Shown: one piece after another, positions 60,836-64,000 of the stretch
How the letters are laid out: each line of letters starts with the position of its first letter
Numbering within the stretch: position 1 is the first letter of the stretch
Source of the DNA: Amoebophrya sp. A120
Taxonomy: Eukaryota; Protista; Dinoflagellata
DNA length: 64,000 bases
Direction: 5' to 3'
NCBI GenBank assembly: GCA_905178155.1
Contig: CAJINV010000017.1
Span: 426,722-490,721, forward strand
The notes under the pieces: generated by a model
What the model was told of the DNA's origin: nothing
Databases searched by the model: none
The model's input: the letters and a program-made list of their open reading frames with translations, nothing else
Translations under genes and position numbers: made by a program

Positions 60836-63800
60836 ATGCTAGGGGGCCGTGCACAGGGGGGGATCCAGCCCTCGCCCGTGACCACGCTCAACCCTGGCTT
60901 CACCACTGCCAATGTGCATATGGATTGTAAAAATGTCTGGGTCTGGAAAATTGCAACTTGTCATGCTGTCTTTGGATCCCAAAAAAATCTGTATTGCGTG
61001 ACCAGCAACAGGGGTCCAGTTTGTGTTACGCGGAGGGGGCATTTGTCATGCGGAATAGGCATCAGGAAGCCCTCTAAAAATCTGTGATGCTAGATCATGC
61101 ATTACATGAGTCATGGATCATACAAAATATGCACCACAAATCCCGGAATCTTCCAGACCCAGACACTTTTCCACTTGATAGTGCAGCCGGCGGGGCGGTT
61201 TACGCTGAAAATCGGCGTGCTCGGAAATCAAAGTGTCGGGAAGACGACCTTGCTGAATTCCCTTTTCCAGTATGCAACACAAATGTAGTATTCCACACGT
61301 ACAGAGCCTCCAAAACGCGTCCCGCTTTTTGTATGCATACTAGCATTTATTTTTGACACTGTTGTATACGACAAGCACAAGACCAAGACGTTACTCCATA
61401 GGAGTCTGTGTAATCTCGTCATGTCAGGGCTCCAGCTGCACGTGCAATTTGTACGTGCGCGGTACTACTTTTATCTTGCATATCCGAGACCAATTTGGGT
61501 CGGTATCGGAAAAACGATGCACAGCCGGAGTACACCATTACCACATAGAAGTGCTGCCGGTGACGGCGGAGGCACCAAAAACACTGGTGCAAAGCATCAC
61601 GAGCGTGGTATACAAGACGTGTGCTTTTTTTTTGGATGCTCTAAGTGATCTTGCTTCGCATGAGAGATGTATCACATAGCTCATGCGAAGATCTTCGCAT
61701 TTTCATTCTCAACGAGAGCTACACCTTGATCTCTCAACGCAAAACAGTTCCTGTCTTCGAAGCCTGAAATCCGCCCTGCGTCGGAAGTACATGGTCAAGT
61801 TTCAGAAATGGATCGCGTGCTCCGCCGATCTTCGATATGACTTGGAGCCGTGGTTGGAAATTTGTGTTTTATCAGTTCGTTTTGTTCCGTCGAACTAAGT
61901 TCGTTGTAGTGGAGTTCACACGATGAAAAGCATGAGCATCCGCAATCGAGTCTCTGTCGTGTGCAAGCCCTGAAGATTTTCGCAGATCCGTTTGCCTTTG
62001 CCTACATCGAAGGAACATGCCTGAAACCAATTCCCATTCCACACTTCTCCTTTCTCATACCCTCTCACGAACCGGGACAAGCCTACCAACGCCGCATTGA
62101 CGAAGGTGGAGAGCTGCAACTGGAAGGTCAAGTGCCCCGAGATCGTCAGTCTGGATGAGACCATCCCGAATGGCGGTTTGGATTTGGTGTTCGTCGACAT
62201 CCCCGGAATCAACTGCCCCGACAAGGGCGAGGCGTACAAAACGTACGTAAGCGAGAATTTCTCCGACTTCGACTACTTTTTGATAATGGTGGACGGCGAA
62301 AAGTTGATCGCGCAAAACAACGCCAGCGAAATGGGAAGTCCTGATGTGGATAAGGTGGGGAAGGTATAATTCTTGTGCGACGCCAGCATGATCACTACAA
62401 GGTGCGCAGCAGCACTGATAAAGTTTGCAGTCATGCGGATGAACATGAACCAACAACTGGATGTTCATATAGAAATTTCCTATGCGAGGAAACGAGACTA
62501 TGAGTATGATAATCATGAGCATTTTTCACAAAAAATCAAAATGATCAGCTCGCCGACGTGAAGATGCAGGTCGATCAGGACAATAGTAACAAACCGATGA
62601 GAACAACTTCGTCGAAGAACAAGTCATCGAAAAACCGATCTGCTAATAACTCCTACCGCGAACCCCCGCAAACTACTCGGGAGCACCACTATAATGACAA
62701 TAAGCAGCAGCAAGACGATTACAGCAGCGCCCCGTGGACCAGCGACTACGGCGAGCAGCAGTTCGCAGCGGTGGACCAGTCCCATGTCTATAACGCCGAT
62801 GGCAGCAACAGCAGCAACTGGCACTCGGCGAACAACAGTGGCAATGAAAACAACAACAATTCAGGGTTTTTTGACTACCACGACCAAGACCCAAATTACA
62901 ACTACATGCAGGAAGAACACTCCGCCGAGGAGTGGAAGGGCCAGAACGATCACGAGAGCGGTCTGCGGTACGGAAGCTCACTGAAAAGGAGTCGGGAAGA
63001 AGAGGAGTATCCGGTATACGCCAGTGTGAATTTTTTAGTAGTAACGGTAACCCGGCTGTCCCCACCATATGCCGGCTTGTGTATTTGTGGTGCTCTGTTC
63101 TTGTCTGCGCATTGAATTTTGAACTTGCAGTGTCGTCTGCTCATGTTGACCGCTAGTAAGCAGAAATAGAGCAGTAAAATCTTGTTAAACATTTCTTCGC
63201 AGTCCGCCGGTGCAGCCGCGCACGAAGTTAATGCCGCCAGTCCGTCTAGCTCCGACAGTGACCTGTCCCCGTCTTCCAGCGACAACCTTTCCTCGCCCGA
63301 GATTCAGCCACCGGAAGTACACGCACCCTTTCTCGGGGAGGACGACGCGAATCTCGTCCGGTGGTTCTCCAACCTCATGTTCGCGCAGGGACAGCATCTG
63401 GACATGCCGCCCTGCTGCATGTTGATCAACAAAATTGACGACACGATCGTAAAGGATCGGCGGGAGATTCAACAGACGATAAAACGCGTGAAGAACGCCA
63501 AGTGGTTCAGCTACGGAGACGAAGCCGTAAAGAGGGCAACAACCTTCCAGCACGTTTTCCCGATTTCGGCGATCGGGGCTTTAGGGGTCAGAATATCGAC
63601 CAGCCGAAATCTGAAGGAAACCGTGGCGACGGTATAGTGAATAGACTGAACAAGAAGATGTTTTTAACTATTCTGGAGTACTCGATGTAGTACTTCTTAC
63701 ATTTAGCTTCCCGATGTGGCCGTTGCGAGGTAGCTGCATCACCATCAGCTCGAAATTATGTGCCACCACTAGATATCTTAATGTTTGTAAAAATGCAAAA

Positions 63801-64000
63801 TCGCAATCCTTTTAGGTCGACCAAAACTGTCTAGTCAAGCTGGCCGAGAAGCACCTACCCATGTCCTACGAGGATTGGGCAGACCTGAAGGAGGACAAGC
63901 GACACGCGGAGATTATCCAGTATTTGAAGAAGCTCACGCCGGAGCAGCGAGAGGAAAAGCTGAAGAAGAACAACTTCCACATGTTCCTCCAGTTTCTCGA
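60836..64000 (+). CDS. Dynamin-like GTPase, 3' end beyond window
   Basis: G1 IGVLGNQSVGKTTLLNSL, G2 RCTA, G3 LVFVDIPG, G4 LINKID, FPISA. Non-canonical introns 60919-61185 and 61271-61487; intron from 61608 with ambiguous acceptor; GT-AG introns 62364-62569, 63014-63202, 63632-63815. Confidence 0.8.
60919..61180. mobile_element. TIR introner, family B (inverted relative to the 16193-16455 copy)
   Basis: tatggattgtaaaaatgtctgggtctggaa...ttccagacccagacacttttccacttgata; perfect direct repeat gtgca at 60914-60918 and 61181-61185; interior aligns to the reverse complement of 16193-16455. Confidence 0.93.
61271..61482. mobile_element. TIR introner / non-canonical intron in dynamin-like gene (20-bp TIR)
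   Basis: tatgcaacacaaatgtagta versus tactacttttatcttgcata (3 mismatches in 20); flanks tccag and tccga; removal gives LLNSLFQDQFGSVSEKRCTAG. Confidence 0.88.

Overview
Eukaryotic, gene-dense window with about 18 protein-coding genes, all on the + strand. Gene content (TSP1 adhesin, BBS1, DNAL1, cathepsin Z, Rab11, DDX5/Dbp2, LIG4, SulP, Sua5, three mitoribosomal proteins, dynamin-like GTPase), co-orientation and intron style suggest a syndinian dinoflagellate such as Amoebophrya; this is an inference, not a database result. I reconstructed 23 canonical GT-AG introns by reading frame. The main feature is a set of 11 non-canonical, MITE-like insertions (182-329 nt) inside conserved coding regions. 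Each has the form [5-nt direct repeat]-TAT...terminal inverted repeat...ATA-[5-nt direct repeat], and removing the element plus one repeat copy restores the protein precisely. No register of that precise excision is GT-AG. The TAT/ATA ends are invariant even where the rest of the TIR has decayed, one family sits in opposite orientations in two genes, and unrelated families share an internal GCATGACAA motif. One canonical intron also carries a 9 x 41-bp hairpin tandem array flanked by a 9-bp direct repeat. All splicing is inferred from frame restoration; no transcript data were available.
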